Shown one piece after another: positions 12,612 to 25,053 of a stretch of DNA of 64,000 bases. The notes beneath the pieces are model-generated. The model searched no databases. It saw only the letters and a list, made by a program, of their open reading frames with translations, and was not told where the DNA came from. The DNA is from Neoechinorhynchus agilis. Lineage: Eukaryota > Animalia > Acanthocephala. Positions within the stretch are counted from its first letter, which is position 1, and every line of letters begins with the position of its first letter. The stretch spans positions 372,001 through 436,000 of the forward strand of contig CM121341.1 in the NCBI GenBank assembly GCA_051530055.1, written 5' to 3'. Position numbers and translations under genes: made by a program.

Positions 12612-15600
12612 CGCTGTTCAACCGTTGAGTCTAATGTTTCGGGGTTTCACTTGATAAAATATGGAGTATTTTTTAAGTAAAAGTAAAAATTTGAATTTCT
12701 ACGTCCACTTTTGGACAACGAAAACGCAGGACTTGGATAGAATATACTTTATAACTTTCATATGGATCTTTAAAAAGTCATCACTGAATCGATTGCTCGC
12801 TGTTCAACCGTTGAGTCTAATGTTTCGGGGTTTCACTTGATAAATATGGAGCATTTTTTAAGTAAAGAAAAAATTTGAATTTCTACGTCCACTTTTGGAC
12901 AACGAAAACGCAGGACTTGGATAGAATATACTTTATAACTTTCATATGGATCTTTAAAAAGCCGATCACTGAATCGATTGCTCGCTGTTCAACCGTTGAG
13001 TCTAATGTTTCGGGGTTTCACTTGATAAAATACGGAGTATTTTTTAAGTAAAAGTAAAAATTTGAATTTTTACGTCCATTTTCCGATAACGAAAACGCTG
13101 GACTTGGATAGAATATACTTTATAACTTTCATATGGATCTTTAAAAAGTCGATCACTGAACTATTGCTCGCTGTTTAACCGTTGAGTCTAATGTTTCGGG
13201 GTTTCACTTGATAAAATATGGAGCATTTTTTAAGTAAAAGAAAAAATTTGAATTCTGTCCACTTTTGGACAACGAAAACGCAGGACTTGGATAGAATATA
13301 CTTTATAACTTTCATATGGATCTTTAAGAAAGTCCATCACTGAATCGATTGCTCGCTGTTCAACCGTTGAGTCTAATGTTTCGGGGTTTCACTTGATTAA
13401 ATATGGGGCATTTTTTAAGTAAAAGAAAAAATTTGAATTTTTACGTCCATTTTCCGATAACGAAAACGCAGGACTTGGATAGAATATACTTTATAACTTT
13501 CATATGGATCTTTAAAAAGTCGATCACTGAATCTATTGCTCGCTGTTTAACCGTTGAGTCTAATGTTTCGGGGTTTAACTTGATTAAATATGGGGCATTT
13601 TTTAAGTAAAAGAAAAAATTTGAATTTTTACGTCCATTTTCCAATAACGAAAACGCAGGACTTGGATAGAATATACATTATAACTTTCATATGGATCTTT
13701 AAAAAGCCGATCACTGAATCGATTGCTCGCTGTTCAACCGTTGAGTCTAATGTTTCGGGGTTTCACTTGATAAAATATGGAGTATTTTTTAAGTAAAAGA
13801 AAAAATTTGAATTTCTACGTCCACTTTTGGACAACGAAAACGCAGGACTTGGATAGAATATACTTTATAACTTTCATATGGATCTTTAAGAAAGTCCATC
13901 ACTGAATCGATTGCTCGCTGTTAAACCGTTGAGTCTAATGTTTCGGGGTTTCACTTGATAAAATATGGAGCATTTTTTAAGTAAAAGAAAAAATTTGAAT
14001 TTCTACGTCCACTTTTGGACAACGAAAACGCAGGACTTGGATAGAATATACTTTATAACTTTCATATGGATCTTTAAGAAAGTCCATCACTGAATCGATT
14101 GCTCGCTGTTAAACCGTTGAGTCTAATGTTTCGGGGTTTCACTTGATAAAATATGGAGCATTTTTTAAGTAAAAGAAAAAATTTGAATTTCTACGTCCAC
14201 TTTTGGACAACGAAAACGCTGGACTTGGATAGAATATACTTTATAACTTTCATATGGATCTTTAAGAAAGTCGATCACTGAATCGATTGCTCGCTGTTAA
14301 ACCGTTGAGTCTAATGTTTCGGGGTTTCACTTGATAAAATATGGAGCATTTTTTAAGTAAAAGAAAAAATTTGAATTTCTACGTCCACTTTTGGACAACG
14401 AAATCGCTGGACTTGGATAGAATATACTTTATAACTTTCATATGGATCTTTAAAAAGTCGATCACTGAATCGATTGCTCGCTGTTTAACCGTTGAGTCTA
14501 ATGTTTCGGGGTTTCACTTGATAAAATACGGAGTATTTTTTAAGTAAAAGTAAAAATTTGAATTTCTACGTCCACTTTTGGACAACGAAAACGCAGGACT
14601 TGGATAGAATATACTTTATAACTTTCATATGGATCTTTAAAAAGTCGATCACTGAATCGATTGCTCGCTGTTAAACCGTTGAGTCTAATGTTTCGGGGTT
14701 TCACTTGATAAAATACGGAGTATTTTTTAAGTAAAAGTAAAAATTTGAATTTTTACGTCCATTTTCCGATAACGAAAACGCTGGACTTGGATAGAATATA
14801 CTTTATAACTTTCATATGGATCTTTAAGAAAGTCCATCACTGAATCGATTGCTCGCTGTTAAACCGTTGAGTCTAATGTTTCGGGGTTTCACTTGATAAA
14901 ATATGGAGCATTTTTTAAGTAAAAGAAAAAATTTGAATTTCTACGTCCACTTTTGGACAACGAAAACGCTGGACTTGGATAGAATATACTTTATAACTTT
15001 CATATGGATCTTTAAAAAGTCGATCACTGAATCGATTGCTCGCTGTTCAACCGTTGAGTCTAATGTTTCGGGGTTTCACTTGATAAAATATGGAGCATTT
15101 TTTAAGTAAAAGAAAAAATTTGAATTTCTACGTCCACTTTTGGACAACGAAAACGCAGGACTTGGATAGAATATACTTTATAACTTTCATATGGATCTTT
15201 AAAAAGTCGATCACTGAATCGATTGCTCGCTGTTCAACCGTTGAGTCTAATGTTTCGGGGTTTCACTTGATAAAATATGGAGCATTTTTTAAGTAAAAGA
15301 AAAAATTTGAATTTCTACGTCCACTTTTGGACAACGAAAACGCAGGACTTGGATAGAATATACTTTATAACTTTCATATGGATCTTTAAAAAGTCGATCA
15401 CTGAATCGATTGCTCGCTGTTCAACCGTTGAGTCTAATGTTTCGGGGTTTCACTTGATATACGGAGTATTTTTTAAGTAAAAGTAAAAATTTGAATTTTT
15501 ACGTCCACTTTTGGACAACGAAAACGCAGGACTTGGATAGAATATACTTTATAACTTTCATATGGATCTTTAAGAAAGTCCATCACTGAATCGATTGCTC

Positions 15601-18600
15601 GCTGTTCAACCGTTGAGTCTAATGTTTCGGGGTTTCACTTGATAAAATACGGAGTATTTTTTAAGTAAAAGTAAAAATTTGAATTTTTACGTCCATTTTC
15701 CGATAACGAAAACGCAGGACTTGAGAATATACTTTATAACTTTCATATGGATCTTTAAAAAGTCGATCACTGAATCTATTGCTCGCTGTTTAACCGTTGA
15801 GTCTAATGTTTCGGGGTTTCACTTGATAAAATACGGAGTATTTTTTAAGTAAAGTAAAAATTTGAATTTTTACGTCTACTTTTGAACAACGAAAAAGCGG
15901 GACTTGGATAGAATATACTTTATAACTTTCATATGGATCTTTAAAAAGCCGATCACTGAATCGATTGCTCGCTGTTAAACCGTTGAGTCTAATGTTTCGG
16001 GGTTTCACTTGATAAAATATGGAGCATTTTTTAAGTAAAAGAAAAAATTTGAATTTCTACGTCCACTTTTGGACAACGAAAACGCAGGACTTGGATAGAA
16101 TATACTTTATAACTTTCATATGGATCTTTAAGAAAGCCGATCACTGAATCGATTGCTCGCTGTTTAACCGTTGAGTCTAATGTTTCGGGGTTTCACTTGA
16201 TAAAATATGGCGCATTTTTTAAGTAAAAGAAAAAATTTGAATTTTTACGTCCATTTTCCGATAACGAAAACGCAGGACTTGGATAGAATATACTTTATAA
16301 CTTTCATATGGATCTTCAAAAAAGCCGATCACTGAATCGATTGCTCGCTGTTAAACCGTTGAGTCTAATGTTTCGGGGTTTCACTTGATAAAATATGGAG
16401 TATTTTTTAAGTAAAAGAAAAAATTTGAATTTCTACGTCCACTTTGGGACAAGGAAAACGCAGGACTTGGATAGAATATACTTTATAACTTTCATACGGA
16501 TCTTTAAAAAGCCGATCACTGAATCGATTGCTCGCTGTTTATCCGTTGAGTCTAATGTTTCTGGGTTTCACTTGATAAAATATGGAGCATTTTTTAAGTA
16601 AAAGAAAAAATTTGAATTTCTACGTCAACTTTTTGACAACCGAAACGCTGGACTTGGATAAAATATACTTTATAACTTTCATACGGATCTTTAAAAGCCG
16701 ATCACTGAATCGATTGCTCGCTGTTTAACCGTTGAGTCTAATGTTTCGGGGTTTCACTTGATAAAATATGGAGCATTTTTTAAGTAAAAGAAAAAATTTG
16801 AATTTCTACGTCCACTTTTTGACAACGAAAACGCTGGACTTGGATAGAATATACTTTATAACTTTCATATGGATCTTTAAAAAGCCGATCACTGAATCGA
16901 TTGCTCGCTGTTCAACCGTTGAGTCTAATGTTTCGGGGTTTCACTTGATAAAATATGGAGCATTTTTTAAGTAAAAGAAAAAAATTTGAATTTCTACGTC
17001 CACTTTTGGACAACGAAAACGCAGGACTTGGATAGAATATACTTTATACCTTTCATATGGATCTTTAAGAAAGCCGATCACTGAATCGATTGCTCGCTGT
17101 TCAACCGTTGAGTCTAATGTTTTGGGGTTTCACTTAAAAATATGAAGCATTTTTTAAGTAAAAGAAAAAATTTGAATTTCTACGTCCACTTTTGGACAAC
17201 GAAAACGCAGGACTTGGATAGAATATACTTTATAACTTTCATATGGATCTTTAAGAAAGCCGATCACTGAATCGATTGCTCGCTGTTAAACCGTTGAGTC
17301 TAATGTTTCGAGGTTTCACTTGATAAAATATGGAGCATTTTTTAAGTAAAAGAAAAAATTTGAATTTCTACGTCCACTTTTGGACAAGGAAAACGCTGGA
17401 CTTGGATAGAATATACTTTATAACTTTCATATGGATCTTTAAAAAGCCGATCACTGAATCGATTGCTCGCTGTTTAACCGTTGAGTCTAATGTTTCGGGG
17501 TTTCACTTGATAAAATATGGAGCATTTTTTAAGTAAAAGAAAAAATTTGAATTTCTACGTCCACTTTTGGACAACGAAAACGCAGGACTTGGATAGAATA
17601 TACTTTATAACTTTCATATGGATCTTTAAAAAGCCGATCACTGAATCGATTGCTCGCTGTTCAACCGTTGAGTCTAATGTTTCGGGGTTTCACTTGATAA
17701 AATATGGAGCATTTTTTAAGTAAAAGAAAAAATTTGAATTTTTACGTCCATTTTCCGATAACGAAAACGCAGGACTTGGATAGAATATACTTTATAACTT
17801 TCATATGGATCTTTAAGAAAGCCGATCACTGAATCGATTGCTCGCTGTTTAACCGTTGAGTCTAATGTTTCGGGGTTTCACTTGATAAAATATGGCGCAT
17901 TTTTTAAGTAAAAGAAAAAATTTGAATTTTTACGTCCATTTTCCGATAACGAAAACGCAGGACTTGGATAGAATATACTTTATAACTTTCATATGGATCT
18001 TTAAAAAAGCCGATCACTGAATCGATTGCTCGCTGTTAAACCGTTGAGTCTAATGTTTCGGGGTTTCACTTGATAAAATATGGAGAATTTTTTAAGTAAA
18101 AGAAAAAATTTGAATTTCTACGTCCACTTTTGGACAACGAAATCGCTGGACTTGGATAGAATATACTTTATAACTTTCATATGGATCTTTAAGAAAGCCG
18201 ATCACTGAATCGATTGCTCGCTGTTAAACCGTTGAGTCTAATGTTTCGGGGTTTCACTTGATAAAATATGGAGCATTTTTTAAGTAAAAGAAAAAATTTG
18301 AATTTCTACGTCCACTTTTGGACAACGAAATCGCTGGACTTGGATAGAATATACTTTATAACTTTCATATGGATCTTTAAAAAGCCGATCACTGAATCGA
18401 TTGCTCGCTGTTCAACCGTTGAGTCTAATGTTTCGGGGTTTCACTTGATAAAATATGGAGCATTTTTTAAGTAAAGGAAAAAATTGAATTTCTACGTCCA
18501 CTTTTGGACAACGAAAACGCTGGACTTGGATAGAATATACTTTATAACTTTCATATGGATCTTTAAAAAGTCGATCACTGAATCGATTGCTCGCTGTTCA

Positions 18601-21600
18601 ACCGTTGAGTCTAATGTTTCGGGGTTTCACTTGATAAAATACGGAGTATTTTTTAAGTAAAAGTAAAAATTTGAATTTCTACGTCCACTTTTGGACAACG
18701 AAAACGCAGGACTTGGATAGAATATACTTTATAACTTTCATATGGATCTTTAAAAAGCCGATCACTGAATCGATTGCTCGCTGTTCAACCGTTGAGTCTA
18801 ATGTTTCGGGGTTTCACTTGATAAAATATGGAGCATTTTTTAAGTAAAAGAAAAATTTGAATTTCTACGTCCACTTTTGGACAACGAAAACGCAGGACTT
18901 GGATAGAATATACTTTATAACTTTCATATGGATCTTTAAGAAAGTCCATCACTGAATCGATTGCTCGCTGTTTAACCGTTGAGTCTAATGTTTCGGGGTT
19001 TCACTTGATAAAATACGGAGTATTTTTTAAGTAAAAGTAAAAATTTGAATTTCTACGTCCACTTTTGGACAACGAAAACGCAGGACTTGGATAGAATATA
19101 CTTTATAACTTTCATATGGATCTTTAAAAAGCCGATCACTGAATCGATTGCTCGCTGTTCAACCGTTGAGTCTAATGTTTCGGGGTTTCACTTGATAAAA
19201 TACGGAGTATTTTTTAAGTAAAAGTAAAAATTTGAATTTTTACGTCCATTTTCCGATAACGAAAACGCAGGACTTGGATAGAATATACTTTATAACTTTC
19301 ATATGGATCTTTAAAAAGTCGATCACTGAATCTATTGCTCGCTGTTTAACCGTTGAGTCTAATGTTTCGGGGTTTCACTTGATAAAATACGGAGTATTTT
19401 TTAAGTAAAGTAAAAATTTGAATTTTTACGTCTACTTTTGAACAACGAAAACGCGGGACTTGGATAGAATATACTTTATAACTTTCATATGGATCTTTAA
19501 AAAGTCGATCACTGAATCGATTGCTCGCTGTTAAACCGTTGAGTCTAATGTTTCGGGGTTTCACTTGATAAAATATGGAGCATTTTTTAAGTAAAAGAAA
19601 AAATTTGAATTTCTACGTCCACTTTTGGACAACGAAAACGCAGGACTTGGATAGAATATACTTTATAACTTTCATATGGATCTTTAAGAAAGCCGATCAC
19701 TGAATCGATTGCTCGCTGTTCAACCGTTGAGTCTAATGTTTCGGGGTTTCACTTGATAAAATATGGAGCATTTTTTAAGTAAAGAAAAAATTTGAATTTT
19801 TACGTCCATTTTCCGATAACGAAAACGCAGGACTTGGATAGAATATACTTTATAACTTTCATATGGATCTTTAAAAAGCCGATCACTGAATCGATTGCTC
19901 GCTGTTAAACCGTTGAGTCTAATGTTTCGGGGTTTCACTTGATAAAATACGGAGTATTTTTTAAGTAAAAGAAAAAATTTGAATTTCTACGTCCACTTTG
20001 GGACAAGGAAAACGCAGGACTTGGATAGAATATACTTTATAACTTTCATACGGATCTTTAAAAAGCCGATCACTGAATCGATTGCTCGCTGTTTATCCGT
20101 TGAGTCTAATGTTTCTGGGTTTCACTTGATAAAATATGGAGCATTTTTTAAGTAAAAGAAAAAATTTGAATTTCTACGTCAACTTTTTGACAACCGAAAC
20201 GCTGGACTTGGATAAAATATACTTTATAACTTTCATACGGATCTTTAAAAAGCCGATCACTGAATCGATTGCTCGCTGTTTATCCGTTGAGTCTAATGTT
20301 TCTGGGTTTCACTTGATAAAATATGGAGCATTTTTTAAGTAAAAGAAAAAATTTGAATTTCTACGTCAACTTTTTGACAACCGAAACGCTGGACTTGGAT
20401 AAAATATACTTTATAACTTTCGTATGGATCTTTAAAAAGCCGATCATTGAATCGATTGCTCGCTGTTCAACCGTCGAGTCTAATGTTTCGGGGTTTCACT
20501 TGATAAAATATGGAGCATTTTTTAAGTAAAAGAAAAAATTTGAATTTCTACGTCTACTTTTGGACAACGAAAACGCAGGACTTGGATAGAATATACTTTA
20601 TACCTTTCATATGGATCTTTAAGAAAGCCGATCACTGAATCGATTGCTCGCTGTTCAACCGTTGAGTCTAATGTTTTGGGGTTTCACTTAATAAAATATA
20701 AAGCATTTTTTAAGTAAAAGAAAAAATTTGAATTTCTACGTCCACTTTTGGACAACGAAAACGCAGGACTTGGATAGAATATACTTTATAACTTTCAAAT
20801 GGATCTTTAAGAAAGCCGATCACTGAATCGATTGCTCGCTGTTAAACCGTTGAGTCTAATGTTTCGAGGTTTCACTTGATAAAATATGGAGCATTTTTTT
20901 AAGTAAAAGAAAAAATTTGAATTTCTACGTTCACTTTTGGACAAGGAAAACGCTGGACTTGGATAAAATATACTTTATAACTTTCATATGGATCTTTAAA
21001 AAGCCGATCACTGGATCGATTGCTCGCTGTTTATCCGTTGAGTCTAATGTTTCGGGGTTTCACTTGATAAAATATGGAGCATTTTTTAAGTAAAAGAAAA
21101 AATTTGAATTTCTACGTCCACTTTTGGACAACGAAAACGCAGGACTTGGATAGAATATACTTTATAACTTTCATATGGATCTTTAAAAAGCCGATCACTG
21201 AATCGATTGCTCGCTGTTCAACCGTTGAGTCTAATGTTTCGGGGTTTCACTTGATAAAATATGGAGCATTTTTTAAGTAAAGGAAAAAATTTGAATTTTT
21301 ACGTCCATTTTCCGATAACGAAAACGCAGGACTTGGATAGAATATAATTTATAACTTTCATATGGATCTTTAAGAAAGCCGATCACTGAATCGATTGCTC
21401 GCTGTTTAACCGTTGAGTCTAATGTTTCGGGGTTTCACTTGATAAAATATGGCGCATTTTTTAAGTAAAAGAAAAAATTTGAATTTTTACGTCCATTTTC
21501 CGATAACGAAAAAGCGGGACTTGGATAGAATATACTTTATAACTTTCATATGGATCTTCAAAAAAGCCGATCACTGAATCGATTGCTCGCTGTTAAACCG

Positions 21601-22198
21601 TTGAGTCTAATGTTTCGGGGTTTCACTTGATAAAATATGGAGAATTTTTTAAGTAAAAGAAAAAATTTGAATTTCTACGTCCACTTTTGGACAACGAAAT
21701 CGCTGGACTTGGATAGAATATACTTTATAACTTTCAAATGGATCTTTAAGAAAGCCGATCACTGAATCGATTGCTCGCTGTTAAACCGTTGAGTCTAATG
21801 TTTCGGGGTTTCACTTGATAAAATATGGAGCATTTTTTAAGTAAAAGAAAAAATTTGAATTTCTACGTCCACTTTTGGACAACGAAATCGCTGGACTTGG
21901 ATAGAATATACTTTATAACTTTCATATGGATCTTTAAAAAGCCGATCACTGAATCGATTGCTCGCTGTTCAACCGTTGAGTCTAATGTTTCGGGGTTTCA
22001 CTTGATAAAATATGGAGCATTTTTTAAGTAAAAGAAAAAATTTGAATTTCTACGTCCACTTTTGGACAACGAAAACGCAGGACTTGGATAGAATATACTT
22101 TATAACTTTCATATGGATCTTTAAAAAGTCGATCACTGAATCGATTGCTCGCTGTTAAACCGTTGAGTCTAATGTTTCGGGGTTTCACTTGATAAAAT
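12612..22198. repeat. Satellite A: tandem array of 187-bp monomers, about 51 copies
   Basis: Repeated spurious ORFs start at 14903, 15090 and 15277 (period 187). The monomer is A/T-tract rich with small hairpins GTCCA-CTTT-TGGAC and TCAA-CCG-TTGA. No spacers, no HHR core on either strand. Confidence 0.98.
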
Positions 22199-22688
22199 CA
22201 AGAGTAATATTTTTTGGGGAAAAAAATTTGGCGTCTACTTTGGGGGCATTGAAAATGTTGGATAAAATAAGCTTCAAAATTTTCCTATCTTTAAAAGCCG
22301 ATTTGTGATGGCATTGAGAAGGTATTTGAGCACTCGGACTTTTCGGTTTTGGAAGCTGGATCGTTGGCGTTTGCAAAGTGTAGATTGCCTAGGAGGCTGT
22401 CATAAGTAATAAGAGAATATAGTTATGATGGCACACAAGAGTTTCTTTAAAAGCTTGTCTCTTACCCGTTGTCGTATTGGCTCACCTCCCTCTCTCTCAC
22501 CGCAACGGTGGCACTATCGCTACTCTGCACCACGCACATCTAATTAAAGACATAATTATGCACGCAACATACAGCGTCGCACTAATTACACATCCGGATA
22601 GGAAAAATTCGGCATATTAATCAGACCGCTTTGTTGTTCTCCATACTGCCAGCACAAATCCAAATTGATTACGCTCAATGGTTATGAT

Positions 22689-22711
22689 GGTGGTGGTGGT
22701 GGTGGTGGTGG
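22689..22711. repeat. (GGT)n microsatellite within a GA/GGT/TAATTA-rich non-coding block
   Basis: About 8 GGT units read directly; nearby (GA)n runs and CCA runs. Confidence 0.8.
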
Positions 22712-23077
22712 CACCACTTTATTCAACCGTCGCATGACTGAGTCGTCGAGAGAGAGAGAGATAAGTGCAGATCTCAAAATGAATTAATTCCAATTAAGCG
22801 TTCTGCTTCTACTAAGTCTAATTTCAGCTTTCTCAGCAGCCACCACCACCGCTATGGACTCTCACAACCAACCCGCGCTCTCTTTCTCTCTAACATTAGC
22901 ATTCATTTACTTTGACAGTTTAAGCTCAAGAGACTCCCGACTGGGAACAATTAAAAGTACAAGGCACGTTTCACATAAAAACAATAAAGATTCATTAATA
23001 CATAAAGCGAATTGAACACTTTGTCGGCAAAAAAAACAACCCACACAACCCTTATAGAATATATGTATTTGAAACAA

Positions 23078-23666
23078 TCATGATCCAGTCATCATCCTCA
23101 TGAAATCTAGAAATGATCTATAAATACCGAAGAGGCACTATAAACTTCCAAACGAACCTTCCAATGCAATCATCCCATCACTGTCTGGAACTATATCATT
23201 CAACATTGCGTTTATCTCCGTTTCAGACAGTGGCTCTTGTCCAAGCGAAACTAAAGCATGTTTAAACTCTTTCAGACTAATCCTTCCACTGTGGCCGACA
23301 TCAAATGCCGCGAATGCATTCTTAAGGTCATCATTACTTATTCGCGTTTCGGTCAACTCCTTAAGCAATTGAACAAATTGCTTCTGATCGTATTTTCTGT
23401 CTAAATGATCTCAAAGTCGTTACGGAAATAACGTAAAACCGAGCGCTAAACCAACCAGAAGCAATTTCGCGTTTTACGATCTCTCCAGAAGGAGCGAATC
23501 CAATAGAACGAGCAGTTTGAATCGCCTCCTTAGATGACAAATAACCATCACCATCTCGATCAAAAAACTCAAATACCGCCTTCACTTCTACTCACTACTC
23601 ACACTTAATATCGTAATAACATTTTACTCACCGGCACTGGAGATCTTCTTCACTGTAGCTCGTCGC
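23078..23666 (-). CDS. EF-hand calmodulin-like / myosin light chain-like protein (start exon unresolved)
   Basis: Exons join through about 45-55-bp GT-AG introns: RRATVKKISSAE|VKAVFEFFDRDGDGYLSSKEAIQTARSIGFAPS...|DRKYDQKQFVQLLKE...DLKNAFAAFDVGHSGRISLKEFKHALVSLGQEPLSETEINAML...|DFMRMMTGS*. Stop at 23080-23078. Confidence 0.85.
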
Positions 23667-24938
23667 TAAACGAAAATGTGTAGAAATTCGTAGTCGAATT
23701 AAGACAAATGACAGGTGAAAAGCGGTGATTAAATTCGTTTAGGCTCGAGTTGACGAACAACTAAAAGATAAAAATGCGAGCAACGTCTAAAGCGGTCCGA
23801 TTATCCCTTTTTTGTTATTGATTCCTAATACAAAATTTAAAGTTCTATAAATCGATATAGAAAACGACGACGACGACGAACGCATGGATCGCTAAATAAT
23901 TCTTAGGGGGTTTCGATTTTAATAATTTAACAGCGGTTTCTTTAATAAGATGTCTGCAATACTAAAAGGCACCTTATAAAATAAAACGATTCAATGGTGA
24001 GACACGCAGATTTGGTTCATTGTAGACGTAAAGCAGACAACCGCTAATGATGCCGTGCAAATATAAATTATTTGATTGAACAATGACAAGGCGCATTTTA
24101 GCTTCGGATTTCAATATAGGGATATCGATTTCAAATTAAGCGATTTCGAAACTAATATTGCTTAAAAAATGATCTGGTTTGTACGCGCAGCAATGTTTCT
24201 CCTTTGTTTTGGAGTTCGAAAATTCGACCTTTTTAACATCGAACGGAGATATCATAAGGCCTATTTAATCCTTATTTAGCCGCCGATAAAGAAATTAAAA
24301 GTCTTTTAAGATTGAACATAACAACAGTAGCCAAATGTGTAAAACTGGTTTACATTTTAGCAATATTAAGAATACAAAAATCATTGCAAAATAATCTGAT
24401 CGCTTCTTGAAAGCAAATCTACAATATATCCTCGTATTCTAAAGAAAAAAGATTGTCTCCATCGAATTGCGAAGTCAATAAGATTAAGCAACTTTTTCTA
24501 ACGGTTTTTAGAATAATAAATTAAAAGGGATATTTTCCGGCTAGTGGGTTTCGTCACGCAAATCTTCGCTAGTCAATAACAAACGTGAGAAAGAACGAGT
24601 CTACGAACTCGGTTCAGAACAAAACTCCCAAGCAAGTATTTCGTTTTTTATTCTCTATTGTTAACTACACTTCTGATGTAAATAAATTTAACATTTTCAT
24701 CCAAAATGACCTTTATAGCAATTCTAAACATAAACATAAGTTTCATCTAGTCAATCATCTTCAGACTAAGCTTGAAAACAATCAATAGGAGCGCTCATCC
24801 ACTTATCTAACTTAACTTTGCAATTCAAATCTTTAACGTAAGATAGTCGCTACTCCGAAGAATATAAATTAAATCATAGTATTTTTTTTGATTTATTACA
24901 ATTTTTTTTCAAGCATACATAATTTATAGTTTCTTCGA

Positions 24939-25034
24939 CGCCCCTATTCATCGGCGCTGGCCAAAATGCTAGCCGCATTGCCCCGCTGCACCGCAATGCT
25001 TATTTTTTGCGCCAAGAACGACGTCGATCTTGGC
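24939..25034 (+). ncRNA. Candidate structured small RNA with an Sm-site-like motif between stem-loops
   Basis: GC-rich island in AT-rich DNA. Stems GCTGGC/GCTAGC (24956-24973) and GCATTGC/GCAATGC (24975-24999), then ATTTTTTG (25002-25009), then GCCAAG/CTTGGC (25011-25034). No recognisable U-snRNA identity. Confidence 0.3.
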
Positions 25035-25053
25035 TCTCCAGTCCCTGCTTTAA

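Noticed and set aside
13403-22031. Many near-identical 67-72-aa ORFs (MEHFLSKRKNL...)
   Set aside because: They are translations of the 187-bp satellite. The period is not a multiple of 3, many monomers are broken, and there is no domain signal. The same applies to ORFs in satellites B and C.
12612-22198. GATAAAAT shared by satellites A, B and C
   Set aside because: The B/C sharing is explained by homology. In A the match does not extend, and an AT-rich 8-mer is expected by chance.
23640-23670. EF-hand gene lacking an ATG, with the start possibly supplied by a leader ending in AUG
   Set aside because: A conventional upstream exon (ATG near 23885, phase-0 donor near 23830) is possible, so this cannot be supported without cDNA.
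24885-24935. Spliced-leader exon upstream of the Sm-like RNA
   Set aside because: There is no convincing leader|GT donor boundary and the sequence is T-tract-rich, so I do not call it an SL RNA.
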